Shown here: piece after piece, positions 63,435 to 64,000 of the stretch | How the letters are laid out: every line of letters begins with the position of its first letter | Position numbering within the stretch: position 1 is the stretch's first letter | DNA from: Takakia lepidozioides | Taxonomy: Eukaryota; Plantae; Bryophyta | Direction: 5' to 3' | DNA: 64,000 nt | NCBI GenBank assembly: GCA_030704615.1 | Contig: CM060733.1 | Location: 58,466,001 to 58,530,000 of the forward strand | The notes under the pieces: generated by a model | What the model saw: only the letters and a program-made list of their open reading frames with translations | What the model was told of the DNA's origin: nothing | Database searches by the model: none | Translations under genes and position numbers: made by a program

Positions 63435-64000
63435 CTTTCTTTCTTTTCTTTTTTTCTTTTTTTCTTTTTTGGCAGAACAGGGGACGGAGCCCTGGAAATT
63501 TATTAAATAAAAGCGAGGAAAAAATAACCTCGGAGAAAACAACCATGGAAGATGAAAAAGGGGACACTGCCCGAGACCTAGGTCCTACACACTAAGGGAC
63601 AGAATCCGTGGTGGATCTGCTAAGAGGGAGAATTTTATGAAGATTAACACGAGGAGATGTCGAAGGAGAGGTCTCCTTTTGATTTGCCCTTCCTAAGACG
63701 TATGTGACGCCAATTGACATCCGAGTCTTCCTGCTGCTGCTGAGATTGCTGAGCTTGCTAAGCACTAGTAGAGGACAACCGTTGATTCTTATGTTCTTGA
63801 GCAGAGGAATCTGCCTTTCCCCCAGGTGTTATCAAAGCTAGAGAGAAGTTGCATCCTCTTTCTTTGCGCGCATCTAGCAAGAGCTGCACCCAAAACCCTC
63901 GAGGCCTTCCGTGCTTCAGACATTAAGTCTGAGTGAACTCTATGCATCAACAATTTCACACAAGGTTGAACCCCACCATACACCAGGGAGCACCTAATCT
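63435..64000 (-). mobile_element. Possible 3' end of a poly(A)-tailed L1-like element
   Basis: T-rich tract 63435-63470 with TTTATT about 30 bp away (AATAAA on the minus strand). No clear coding motif. Confidence 0.3.

Overview
Eukaryotic, intron-rich land-plant DNA; the lineage is probably a non-seed plant such as a bryophyte (inference). About 1-45 kb is a nest of transposable elements, followed by an apparently intact 23-exon PDR/ABCG transporter gene (48839-59708) and LINE remnants. Two systems stand out. (1) Two related Mutator-like elements (GCM-like domain, MULE DDE core, SWIM finger) each carry a divergently transcribed second gene. In the more complete copy that gene encodes a ParB/sulfiredoxin-like domain (VWDGNHR) and its two long introns hold 17 copies of a 24-bp palindrome. 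In the other copy the equivalent position holds a 116-bp tandem array built around a different 40-bp palindrome. (2) Two Ty3/Gypsy retrotransposons with DDE integrase plus PHD finger have split repeats (A-internal-B-gc-A-B), 4-bp target duplications and a co-varying self-priming signal. The full-length copy has a C5-cytosine methyltransferase between protease and RT. Most TE reading frames carry frameshifts or stops. All domain calls come from motif recognition by eye; no searches were run.
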